64,000 bases of DNA from Chloroflexota bacterium (lineage in GTDB: Bacteria > Chloroflexota > Anaerolineae > Anaerolineales > UBA4823): positions 45,103 to 109,102 of the forward strand of contig JBMOLU010000009.1 in the NCBI GenBank assembly GCA_049325275.1, given 5' to 3'. The notes under the pieces are model-generated. The model saw only the letters and a list, made by a program, of their open reading frames with translations. It was not told the origin of the DNA and made no database searches. The translations under genes were made by a program, and so were the position numbers. Shown piece after piece: positions 63,794 through 64,000 of the stretch; position 1 is the stretch's first letter, and each line of letters opens with the position of its first letter.

Positions 63794-63950
63794 TTTTTTA
63801 ATATATATCGTAGTCTTAGTAGGGCCTGTGGATATGTGGAGAGAGCCGTTTTGGATGCGATTCATCCGTATATCTGGGGGGCTGGTAAAGTTACCCCGTA
63901 TCGCTGGCGGAATGACGGCAAAAAGTTATCCCCAGTCTCGTTGGGGATAA
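63794..63950 (-). other. oriC: Candidate replication origin: DnaA boxes, GC motif, DnaA-trios and AT-rich tract
   Basis: Minus strand CTCTCCAC-ATATCCACA-GGCCC-TAC TAA GAC TAC-GATATATATTAAAAAA; extra TTATCCCCA boxes at 63926-63934 (+) and 63942-63950 (-). Confidence 0.7.
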
Positions 63951-64000
63951 CTTTGAGGAAGTCGGAAAGTTAAGCGTACGTTTTCGTGCGGCAGAAAAGG

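Overview
GC-rich bacterial chromosomal window, mostly housekeeping. The many Pro/Thr-stalked lipoproteins and the gene content suggest Chloroflexota/Anaerolineae (inference). It holds foldases, comEC, hpt, acnA, msrA, an fhaA-fhaB-MTAP-rodA/pbp cluster, two glycosyltransferases and a dlt-like acyl-transfer cluster (DltX-like peptide, MBOAT, SGNH proteins, ACP, fatty acyl-AMP ligase), followed by a CDP-alcohol phosphatidyltransferase and lgt. Further along are a low-GC WXG100-like toxin/immunity pair, an ABC exporter, azlCD, an argG-argH-carA-(inserted genes)-carB operon, ndh, pepF, gatCA and a Crp/MBL pair. The most striking non-coding signals are four. (1) A free-standing ~520-nt RNA (about 59686-60209) has its own promoter and terminator, carries three head-to-tail cyclic-dinucleotide (GEMM-I) aptamers, and has no same-strand gene to regulate; it is a candidate second-messenger sponge or antisense switch. 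(2) An Arg-rich leader-peptide attenuator precedes argG. (3) Palindromes built from 7-bp repeats mark gene junctions in the arg/car operon and also invade carB in frame. (4) A Bacillus-like replication-origin unwinding module lies at about 63794-63950. All calls come from reading the sequence by eye; no searches were run.
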